Positions 50,509 through 61,379 of a stretch of DNA of 64,000 bases are shown here, piece by piece. This stretch comes from Squalus acanthias (Eukaryota), in the NCBI GenBank assembly GCA_030390025.1, contig CM059432.1:142354001-142418000 (forward strand), in the 5' to 3' direction. How positions within the stretch are numbered: the first letter of the stretch is position 1; each line of letters opens with the position of its first letter. The notes under the pieces were generated by a model that saw only the letters and a list, made by a program, of their open reading frames with translations, was not told the origin of the DNA and ran no database searches. The position numbers and the translations under genes were made by a program.

Positions 50509-53390
50509 GTAGGGAATGTTTCTGATGAGTTGCTTTTCCCCGGTCTTGAGATCTTTCGAACGTCGGAATTTTTAGATGAGAAAAGAGCAAGGTACGTCTC
50601 GTTCGCCTTCTACCATCCTGGTAGTCACATGATACAACAATAATGGAGTTGTTGACTAATCACGGCAATCATTTTCTATCAATTAGTCCACAAGAGACCC
50701 AGACATGAGGCGAGGAAAACCCCCAGAGGTGGAGAGCTTTGGGAACCATCGGTCCAGAGTCACCTGTTCCTCCCGAGCTCGCTGCACTCACCACACCTCA
50801 TGTCTCACATTACTCGTATACTGGATCCCAAAATGTTATTTTCTGAAAGAAACCTATCGAATTTGCATTTCAATTAATCCATTAGGTCCATTGGTTTGAC
50901 TTGACAGAAGAAAGATCTGATCACTAATATAGTGAAGTATTTTCTGTCATTTGGTGATGCTGGTAGAATCTCTGTATTTGTTGGTATGATAGAGAGATTG
51001 GCATTGCTTGCCGATCGGCAGTGTTTGGTTGCAGAGTTCTGGTCGCTACACTTCTGTTCTGTGACCGTTGAATACATTGATCAGTTTTTCACCTTCCCAG
51101 GCACCACTAGTGCAGTCGAGCTTTCTGTACTCTTTCAAGGCATAATTAGATGACGACCAAGTTTCCTCAGTACCATTGCTGGTTAAGGGCACGATGCTAT
51201 TGGCATTGCATCATTTAGTCTGACATTTACAAATCTGTTCGAGTGGAGCCCAAACTACGAAATTGTTTCCGAGTCACTTAAATCACAGTTTAAGGCAACC
51301 AATAAAAACTTAACTCGGCTTCAAGAGTTTCAATGAGTTGTTGTAGAACAGAGACATTGGTCAATAAAGTTGAATCCAGTAATCGTGGCCCAGTTAGTAC
51401 AGGTTAAATATTTTGCCAAACTCACCTTTATATATTTTGATGTTATTTTTTTGCCCTACTCTTTGGTTCTGTAGGGTAAGTTTTAGCGGAACCTCATGGA
51501 CAGGAAATCGTGGGCTGGAGTCACGCGATTTCCTGCTGCAGACTCCCAGCGAATGGGGCTCTGCAAATGGAAAATTGACCTTATATTAAAATTCAGAGAT
51601 AAGCACTCAGGTTAGTTCAGATTTCAGGTACCAGCAGAAATTTCACATCTTTTGAAGCCCAAATCCAAGGCTTAACATGAGAAGGCATCAAGGGGTTTGG
51701 GGAGAGAGCGGGAATATGGTGTTGAGATAGAGGATCAGCCATGATCATATTGAATGGCGGAGCAGGCTCGAAGGGTCGAATGGCCTACTCCTGCTCCTAT
51801 TTTTCTATGTTTCTCAGGTAGTGACGAGGGCAGTGCTGCTTTTGATTAGGAGGTAGGTATTGTAAGTCATGGTACCTCACCCATTCCTGCCTGCGGTTAA
51901 GTGTCACCCTCCATTTCATACCCTGTAAAATTCTCTTGCTTGTGTTCAAATGCCTCATGCCCTTGCCCCTCCCTATCTTTGTAATGTCTTCCAGCCCTAC
52001 AACCCTCCGAGATCTTCACGCTCCTCCAATTCTGGCCTCTTGCGCATCCACGATTTTCATTGCTCCACCATTGGTGGGTGTGCCTTCACCTACCTAGGCC
52101 CTAGGCTCTGAAATTCCCTTCCTAAACCTCTCAGCCTTTCTACCTTTCCTCCTTTAAGACGCTCCTTAAAATCCACCTCTTTGGTCACCTGTCCTAATGT
52201 CTCTATGTGGCTCAGTGTCAAATTTTGTCTGATAACGCTCCTGTGAAACGCCTTGGGACGATTTATTACGTTAAAGGCGCTATATAAATAAAATGTCCGT
52301 TGTTGTGGCATGACTGAGATTGAGAGCTTGCTTTGTGAGTGGGCGGCGCAACCAGATGACACCCTAACATTTTCATCCACTGCTTAATACTCCAGAAAAG
52401 TATCCCTGCGAATATGCGCACCGCCGATATCCATGTCTTGCCACAAGTCTGCCATCGTCATGTTAGATTGTCTACGAGATAGGAACAAAATGCACTAAAG
52501 TGATCAGATTGTTTCAGTTAGTCTTGTCACACAGAGTTGGCATCAGAGCGTGGACGAACATCTACTGCAATAGTGGCAGCAAAACATTGTTGCTCTGAGA
52601 ATTGTTCCAAGTGATAGCTAATGAGCTGCAAGGCATTGCCAAGACCATTAGTGTAACATGTACAATAAAATCCAAATGTCTGAGCTCCCGTGGCTCCCTG
52701 GACATGTCGTCAAGACTCATTCCAGCTGATCAGCATGTCATATAGGAGCAAGCATTATGAATTTTTCTGTTAATAAATACATCCTGGCAACTACTTCCAA
52801 AGTCCTCAACCCCAACTGATGGAGAAAGATACATTACTGATCGCTTTTTTTTATTGGGCGAAAAAGTTGCTGCTGAAGGCATATAGTTGGAAAGAATAAA
52901 TTCTGCCAAGTTATTAGAAGAGCTGATGAGTTTTATTACCTTCAATTGTAGGAAATAATCGGGTTTGGCTCCAGAACCAAGTTCTGTTTTATCCTTCTAG
53001 CCTGGGGGCAGACATATGGCAGACCAGAGTTTGAACCGAGACATCTGGTGCTTTTCTTTCCAACCATCGAGTCTAGCAGTAGCGTTTGGTAGATCCAAGT
53101 CTTTGCGCAGTGTAACTTCACACTTTCCATCATATTGCTCTTGCTGTTTACTTTAAAATGCCTCGAGCTCTTGTAAAAGGCTTGAAGCGTTCTTAAAGAT
53201 TTTATTCCATCACGGCAACGGAAATTCCATTGCATTTAAGAACTTGTCAATACACACAAAAGCAACGTTGTTTTATTACAGAATGATAGTAGGCCTCACA
53301 GGCATTCTCTGGTATACTTCCTCCTAGTTTGTTAGACCTCATCAACGTGTGACTGTGTCCCTTTTTCCCCTTGTTCATATGTAACATATT

Positions 53391-54154
53391 GGCCCAGAAA
53401 TTCGCCTCTCCGGCTTGCCGCGGGGGTAAGGATCGCGCGCGCTCTTACCCACCGCGCCTGCCGTTGTGTTTTGGGCCCACGGGAACTTCAGCTCCTGGGC
53501 CTGCTCCAAGTGCCGGCGCGCAGTGCTTGCGTGTCCCAGGGGCGCAGTTAGTGCGATGCGTCCCCTGGGATCACGTGGGCCATGGAGAGCCAATGGCAGC
53601 AGACCATCTTTCATTCATAGATTTGACAGGAGACCTGTCAAATCTGTGAATTGAAATCGGCCCCAAAACAACACCTAAACTTCAAATAAATTTTTTAAAA
53701 AACCATCACATTTATAAAATAACTATAGTTAAATAAATTAACCACTTTAAACAAAAATTTAAATTTTTGAAAAAATTAAAATACTTTTTAAAAGTGATAA
53801 AAATAAACTTACCTTTCTTTAAAGTATCTAAAAAAGATAAACCTGTTGAAAATTTTTTTAAATTATAATTAATTAACCACTTACCTTGTTGAAAACGGGT
53901 CCTGCGCCTCCTTTTTAAAAGCGCAGGTTCTTCAATACTTACCCTCGCGGAGAAACCTGAAAAAAAACCTAAGTGTGCTGCGTGCGCGCAGCCTCTCCCG
54001 CGCACGCGGTTCACCTAGGAACCACTCCCTTCACCAGACCGGAAGTTCCGGTTTCCCGCGCATGCGCAGTGCATGCAGGAAACCGGCACTTCGGGAAGCA
54101 TTACGGGTGAGTACAGAGCGCGTACTCACCCGGGAAGGGCCGAATTTTTGGCCC
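53391..54154. mobile_element. PIF/Harbinger-type MITE with AT-rich centre
   Basis: TIR GGCCCAGAAATTCG / CGAATTTTTGGCCC; 3-bp TSD ATT. Confidence 0.75.
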
Positions 54155-55349
54155 ATTAAACATTTTGCGGGTAGAGTTTCCGCTGTGGGCACAATCGGCA
54201 ATCTGGGCACAAATCGTGCTCAAAATTGCGCTAGTTTTCCGAATCGCATTTTGCGCTCAAGTTTTCATTCCAACTCATTTGCATATCGCCGAACGGAAAA
54301 TTTTCCACGAGCCAGTGCAATCGGGCAGTGTTTTACGGCGCAATTGCTTATTTTTCTTCTTGCATTAAAAAATATTCCTCGACATCGTTAAGAGTGGTAA
54401 CCTGGTGCAGGTTGATTAATACAGCGGGAAATGGGTTCATCACAAAAAAAATAAGCATTTTTAATCAGAGTGTCGGGTCCACCTGTGAGCAACCCAATTT
54501 TAAATAACTGAAAATGACTTTAAAAACTATACGGAACCATTTATTAGTTGCGCTGGTGTACAGTAGTCAGTTTCTTAGTAAATGAAATATTTTTTTAATA
54601 TTTAAAAGCTTTTAAAAGGTGCCTATTAGTGCCCTCACGCCTAAAAAAAAATCTTAATTTTAAGAGCCTCCTCGAAGGCCCGCACACGAGCGCAGTTAGC
54701 GGAAACTTGCCACGGTGATTAATTCGATCGGGGGGGCATGGCCAATTTTGTGGGCGGGGCCGGTTTCTAGCGCGATTTTTATTTTTAAACCAGCGCAAAA
54801 GATCGCGGAAGCTCGATTTGTGCTGAACGTAACCGGCAATTAAAAGTCCGCGATCTTTCGCGCTGATTTCAGGAGAATTGCGCTGAAAAAAACCCAGCGC
54901 AGGCGGGCGGACTTCCTGTCAGCGCCACGCTCGACTTCCTGTTGTCACGTTTCTCCAACACTTTCCGCGTCAACAGTTTCCAATATAAATTGCCATGTCA
55001 GCATTTATAATGGAAACCCACTCACGGTGCAATCTGCCCCACTGGGTTACACAATTTGGCCGCGGGGCTCCCAGAGTTTATCACTGGGCCATCCACAGCT
55101 GATGGTATCACGATGAAAATAGAGCACGGCTCTTTTAGCTATTTCCGTCCTTGAAATCAAAAAGGTAAACCTTTTTTCCGTGGAGCCTGTGAAGCCGAGA
55201 TTTTCCTCTGCGTGCTATTTTAACCCCAGCATTAACCCATTTGAGAAACGGGTTACTTCTGGCACTAAGATAGCACCAGCTGGAGAAATGAGGTTTTCAC
55301 CTCCTATAGCACTTGTATCCAGCGTCACTCTGACACACTCACTGCTTGT

Positions 55350-55955
55350 CAGCTGTTGCTCAGTGGCTAGCACTCTCGCCCCTGCATCATGAAGGTCCTT
55401 GGCTCATTCTTGATAAGCAAGGGGGGTGAAAGGTTATCGGGGGTAGGCGGGAATGTGGAGTAATCAGATCAGCCACGATCTTACTGAATGGCGGAGCAGG
55501 CTCGAGGGGCCGAGTGGCCATACTCCTGCTCCTAATTCGTACGTTCGCATGTCCCACTTGAGAAACTTGAGCCCAAAAGTCTAGCCTGACACTCCAGTGC
55601 AGTGCTGAGGGAGTGCTGCACTGTCGGAGGTGCCGTCTTTCGGATGAGACCTTAAACCGAGGCCCCGTCTGCTCTCTCAGGTGGATGTAAAAGATCCCAT
55701 GGCACTATTTTGAAGAAGAGCAGGGGAGTTCTCCCCTGTGTCCTGGCCAATGTTTATCCCTCAATCAACATCACTAAAAAATAGATTATCTGGTCATTAT
55801 CATGTTGCTGTTTGTGGGATCTTGCTGTGCGCAAAATGAGCTGCCGTGTTTCCTACATTACAACAGTGACTACTATTCAAAAGTACGTCATTGGCTGTAA
55901 AGCACTTCGGGACGTCCTGAGGTCATGAAAGGTGCTGTAGAAATGCAAGTCTTTA
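55350..55955 (+). mobile_element. SacSINE1-like DeuSINE interrupted by a CR1 3' tail (~55400-55551)
   Basis: SINE head at 55350-55398, body resumes at ~55552. Confidence 0.75.
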
Positions 55956-56403
55956 TTCTCTGTTTAATCACTCTGTAACATTCGGCAGTACAGACCCTCT
56001 ACATTTCCTTCCAGCTCCAGACGGGAACGACGGGCCTTTAGCCAGATCAAAATAATTTTCCACACTGCCATCGCACGCCAAATATTGAGAACTGATTCCA
56101 GTGAAGTCTCACTCCTTGTCCTGTGGTTGTGATGAGAAGGTCTCAGTGTGACACCCACAGAGGACACTGGCTGGACAAGATCCGGACATTATTAGGACTC
56201 AGCATTTGAGCAAGCTTTACCTGGGGGATGGGTAGAGTTGTCTTAGTCTGTGCAGAAACAAACCAGTAGCGGACACGTTGATGAATTTAATTCCGTTTGT
56301 ATTCAGGCAGCAAACCATCCATCAAAGCCTGAAATAACAACAGAAAATGCTGGAAACACTCAGTAGGCCAGGCAGCATCCGTGGAGAGAGAAACAGAGTT
56401 AAC

Positions 56404-57064
56404 GGGCTGGATTTTGTCTTGGGGTCGGGTTGGGGTCATGTTATCTGCATTTTGTGTTGCCCCCCCGACTCCAGATTAATGTGGATGAATGATGCAATTT
56501 TCACTTAATTGGGTAATTGAGTTCCAGCATGTGGGAACCCATGAACCAATTAGTGGTTTCAGTCTGAAAGTCGCCTCTGATGATGTCATCATTGCAGGTC
56601 AGAGACTGACTGCCTGGTCTCAGAGATTGCCTGGCCTTTGCTGTGAGAGGACCTGGATGCAAAATGAGCAGCATCTCAGAGAGAGAGCGGCGACTTTCAC
56701 ACCTAATACCACTACTACCTTCATCACATCTCCGTTGTAATAGTGGACCTGCAGCTGATAGTCAGCTATCCACTTGTGCTCCCACCAGGTTTCACTGGCG
56801 TGTTTCACATCAGGCGTACTTCACGTCGGAAAAGGGTTAAACTAGCTAAAGCGTTTCAAAATGGCATTACAGAGCCAATTTAGGGCTTGTTAAGGGCTTT
56901 AATGGCCTCTCCCGCCTCTTGGAGGCGGGAACCCCGCGACCGATTTTGTCAAAATTGCGTGGAGGCGGGATGGAGTCAGGATGGGGTCGGGACCCCCGAC
57001 CCCGCAAATTTAACCCCCCACACGCCTCCAAATCCGACTCCACGGGTCATTGAAAATCCAGCCC
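56404..57064 (-). mobile_element. PIF/Harbinger-type MITE (copy B, inverted relative to 20741-21505), inserted in a Penelope-like fragment (~56335-57310)
   Basis: TIR GGGCTGGATTTT / AAAATCCAGCCC; TSD AAC; empty site reads GAGTTAACGTTTCAGG. Confidence 0.87.
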
Positions 57065-57484
57065 AACGTTTCAGGTCTGGGACCCTTCTTCAGAACTGGA
57101 AAAGGCTAGAGATGTAACAGATTTTAAGCAGGTGCAGAGGCAGGGAAAGGGGTGGGGAGGATCTGAAGGAACAGTCTGTGCTAGGGTAGGAGGCAGGAAA
57201 GATTAAATGTTGCAAATGGGGATGGCAAAATCATACAGCCTGAAAAATGGGGCAGGGGTTATAGTCTGAAATTGTTGAACTCAATGTTGAGTCCAGAAGG
57301 CTGTCAAAGCCTGTTTGCTCTTCCAGTAACAAACTATTCCTACATTACAAGAGTGGCTACACTTCAAAAGTACTTCGTTGGCTGTAAAGCGCTTTGAGAC
57401 GCCTGAGCTCGTGAAAGGCGCTATAGAAATGCAAGTCTTTCTTTTTTTCTTTATTTTCTCCTATGTCCCAGTGATGCAGGAGTC

Positions 57485-57925
57485 GGCCATGGATCAGTGG
57501 GTAGCACTCTTGCCCCTGAGTCAGAAGTTTGTGGGTTCACAGTCCCACTCCAGGGGACTTGAGCCTGTAATCTAGGCCGACACTCCCAGTGCGGTGCTGA
57601 GGGAGTGCTGCACTGTCGGAGGTGCCGTCTTTCGGATGAGACGTTAAACCGAGGCCCCGTCTGCTCTCTCAGGTGGACGTAAAAGATCCCATGGCACTAT
57701 TTTGAAGAAAATCAGGGGAGTTATCTCCGGTGTCCTGGGCCAATATGTATCCCTCAACCAACACCTAAAATAGATTATCTGGTCATTATCACATTGCTGT
57801 TTGTGGGAGCTTGCTGTGCGCAAATTGGCTGCCGCGTTTCCTACATTACAACAGTGACTATACTTCAAAAGTATCTCATCAGCTGTAAAGCGCTTTGGAA
57901 CATGAAAGGCACTATAGCCTTTCTT
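57485..57925 (+). mobile_element. SacSINE1-like DeuSINE, near full length
   Basis: GGATCAGTGGGTAGCACTCTTGCC head, GTGGGTTCA B-box-like region, Deu-like core. Confidence 0.82.
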
Positions 57926-58682
57926 TCTGTCAAATTTGACACAGCATTATATTTCAAAAGTATGTTTTTTGTGGCAATTTTATACATGGAGATAATGTTT
58001 TGGGTATCCTCAGTAATCTTGTTTTTGTTGGAGGTTTGTTGCTATCACCATTCCAGTGTTTGAAACAAAACTCAATATGGCAGCTGCTCAGGAAAGAGAC
58101 TTCACGCGAAGGAATGTGCAGAGCTAAAACTCTGTTTATTTAACTGTGGTGGGTGATGTCTATCCTAACAGGTAACTTTATTTTACTCGCGACTCGTTTT
58201 CATTAAAAGCTCTTTGCTGCCAAAAGAATCGGAGGAAATAATTAAAAGCTCTCATCCGGCTGTGCGTGCAAACGAGAAGGGTCCTGGCCTAATTTTTCTT
58301 CATCACTTTTACTGAGAAATCTCTTCTTTGCTGAACGAGTCTGCAGAGATGAAGTTCAAGTATAGGAATGCTTTGAACACAATCGGCACGTTGATTGTGT
58401 GTTGTTCTTGTTGAGAACGTGTTTTAGAATTCATTAAAATCTAAGAAACAATAATTCATAAGGTTGAAAACTATTTTGCATACAACATAGAAACATAGAC
58501 GATAGGAGCAGGAGTAGGCCATTCGGCCCCTCGAGCCTGCTCCGCCATTTAATGAGATCATGGCTGATCATACAACAGCAATCAGCAGTTCCTGCCACCT
58601 TACAAACTCCATCTTGCAGACTGACTGACTGACTGGTTGACACCATCCCGGCTTGGAAATATATTGCAGTTCCTTCGTTGTC

Positions 58683-59270
58683 ATAGATACATAGATACAT
58701 AGAAGATAGGAGCAGGAGTAGGCCATCCGGCCCTTCGAGCCTGCTCCGCCATTCAATGAGATCATGGCTGATCCTCCAATTCAGTATCCCGTCCCCGCCT
58801 TCTCTCCGTACCCCTTAACCCCTTTTGCCTGTAGAAATATATCTAATTCCCTCTTAAATATATTTAATGAGCTGGCGTACACTGCCCTCTGTGGCAATGA
58901 GTTCCACAGGTTCACCACCCTCTGAGTGAAGAAATTCCCCCTCATTTCTGTCCTAAATGGTTTAGCCCTTATCCTTAAATTATGTCCTCTAGTTCTGTTC
59001 TCACCCGCCAAGGGAAACATTCCTTCTGCATCTAGTCTGTCTAGACCTGTCAGAATTTTATACACTTCTATGAGGTCCCCTCTCAATCTTCTAAACTCCA
59101 GTGTGTACATCCCTAAACTACATAGTCTCTCCTCATAGGTCAATCCCGCCATTCCTGGTATCAGCCTGGTGAATCGCCGCTGCACCCCCTCCATGGCAAG
59201 AACATCTTTCCTCAGATGAGGCGACCAAAACTGTACACAGTACTCGAGGTGTGGTCTCACCAGTGCCCTG
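58683..59270 (-). mobile_element. CR1 LINE 3' end
   Basis: RPHLEYCVQFWSP...GYGEKAGTGY ORF 58781-59260 and 3' UTR. Confidence 0.88.
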
Positions 59271-59391
59271 TCGCTGGAACTCCCAACCTAACAGAATAGT
59301 GGGAGCACCTTCACCACACGGGACTGCAGCAGTTCAAGAAGAAGGCCCACCACCTCCTTCCCAAGGGGAAATTAGGGATGGGCAATAAATG

Positions 59392-59418
59392 TCGACCTTT
59401 TGGCTGAAGATCAAGTGT
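59392..59418 (+). pseudogene. U2 snRNA 5' fragment (about nt 9-34)
   Basis: TCGACCTTTTGGCTGAAGATCAAGTGT vs U2 TCGGCCTTTTGGCT-AAGATCAAGTGT (U2 sequence recalled): one mismatch and one inserted base. Confidence 0.8.
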
Positions 59419-60791
59419 GAGCTAATTGACCTTGAGTTGCGACACTTGTTTTTCCAGTTTGGGTGGATCTTCATGCTGGCTTCGGCCTAACGCCCTTCGA
59501 AAAGCAAACTCTCTCTGCTATTGGTGGATCTTCACGCTGGCTTCGGCCTAACGCCAATCAGAGAGGAGGGAAACGCTTACTTGCTGGCGGCCAAGCGAGC
59601 AGCGAGCCAGGGAATCCGGAACACTGTCCGAGTGACAGTGAAGAAGGTGGAAGGAGGAGCGCCCACAGACCGCCCGCTCTTCATGAAGAGGATCTTGATT
59701 GGATGCTGCAGATTGAAAGCCATGGACATCTTCGCTCGACAGGATTTCCCGAGGAGTGGTTACTTTGATGTAACCTTTAGAAATGTCGCTGGATGCCTGA
59801 AATCTTTACAGGCATTGAAGGAGAAGGGGTGTGAACCGCTGCTGTCGATCCTGACTGCGGAGCCGCTGTTCACTCTGCCGATGCAGAGCAAGCGCACGGT
59901 CACAGTGCACATGTACCACCCTCACATCCCTGTCCTTGATGTGCTGACGTTCCCCCGCCAGGTATGTCGATGGGGCAGGGAACAGCATCGATATAAGTGA
60001 CTCGTTTGGGATTTGAACAAGCAAGCGGCAGATCCCAGTAACGATGAAAGTGGACGCCAACGGAGCCATCCTGCACCCCCCCCCCCTCTCCCCCCACCCT
60101 CCAATGGGAGGAAGTCGGGGCTACATGGTGTACGCCGGGCAACCCCGAGTATGTCGGACCTGTGGGAGAGCAGGCCACGTGGTGGCCAACTGCACAGTCG
60201 TCGTCTGTCGGAACCGCTAGCAAGAAGGCCACCGGACAAAGGAGTGCAAGGAGAGTATGTTCTGCAACCTGTGCAGTGAGGCTGGCCATCCGTACAAGGC
60301 CTGCCCCAAGCGCAGCCTCAGCTATGCGCAGGCGGCAAAGAACAACGTTTGCGCACGAGGAAGGAAACACAAGCAAGGTCGTCTCAGAGGACACCCCCAC
60401 CCCCACCAACACACTGTACAAAGAAACCAGGAGCCAGGAGGACACAGAGAGGGACAAAGAGCAGGACAAGGGTGGTACAGCAAGCTGCCAGATTCCAACA
60501 CCCAGCCGTGAAGCTCTCCCCCAGCAGACCGAGTCCATGGACGAGGGGCTAGCAGAGGGTCAACAGGGGGACTGGCAGCTTGTAAAGAAAAAGACCCGCA
60601 AGAGTAATGCCCAGAGAAGCGTAAGAGCTGCCGCAAACATCGAGGCAAACGGCAAAAGACGGTTTCTGCCCCAGACGGACAGCGGCGGCTGCAGCTCGTC
60701 TGATGACGAAGGGCGTGGCAAAACAAGCGAATATCGCCATCAGAACAAACGCCATAACGCCAACGCCAAGAATGAGAACCGCACGGAAAGA

Positions 60792-61379
60792 GCCCCCCAG
60801 CTCCGGGACACCGGGAGCAGCAACGTACCCAGCGCACCCCAGCTCCGGGACACCGGGAACAGCAACGTACCCAGCGCACCCCAGCTCTGGAACACCGGGA
60901 GCAGCAACGTACCCAGCGCACCCCAGCTCCGGAACACCGGGAGCAGCAACGTACCCAGCGCACCCCAGCTCCGGGACACCGGGAGCAGCAACGTACCCAG
61001 CGCACCCCAGCTCCGGGACACCGGGAACAGCAACGTACCCAGCGCACCCCAGCTCCGGGACACCGGGAGCAGCAACGTACCCAGCGCACCCCAGCTCCGG
61101 AACACCGGGAGCAGCAACGTACCCAGCGCACCCCAGCTCCGGGACACCGGGAGCAGCGAAACGCCCAGCGCACCCCAGCTCCGGAACACCGGGAGCAGCG
61201 AAACGACCAACGCAACCCAGCTCCGGAACACCGGGAGCAGCGAAACGCCCAGCGCAACCCAGCTCCGGAACACCGGGAGCAGCAACGTACCCAGCGCAAC
61301 CCAGCTCTGGGACACCGGAAGCAACCGAGCATTCAGTGCACCCGAGCTCCGGGACACCGGGAGCAGCAATACCACAGGC
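60792..61379 (+). repeat. 42-bp coding tandem repeat (14 x APQLRDTGSSNVPS-like) in the Tx1 ORF1 C-terminal region
   Basis: Unit GCACCCCAGCTCCGGGACACCGGGAGCAGCAACGTACCCAGC. Confidence 0.95.

Noticed and set aside
52310..53340. Possible decayed transposase or next angiopoietin exon in a non-repetitive stretch
   Set aside because: No recognisable motif in the frames I could read, and no exon 8-like sequence (L.LKG.TGTAG) found.
54168..55040. Additional GC-rich MITE
   Set aside because: Composition resembles neighbouring MITEs, but I could not define convincing TIRs or a TSD.
59392..59418. Functional U2 snRNA gene
   Set aside because: Only ~27 nt match; the branch-point pairing region, Sm site and 3' stem-loops are absent.
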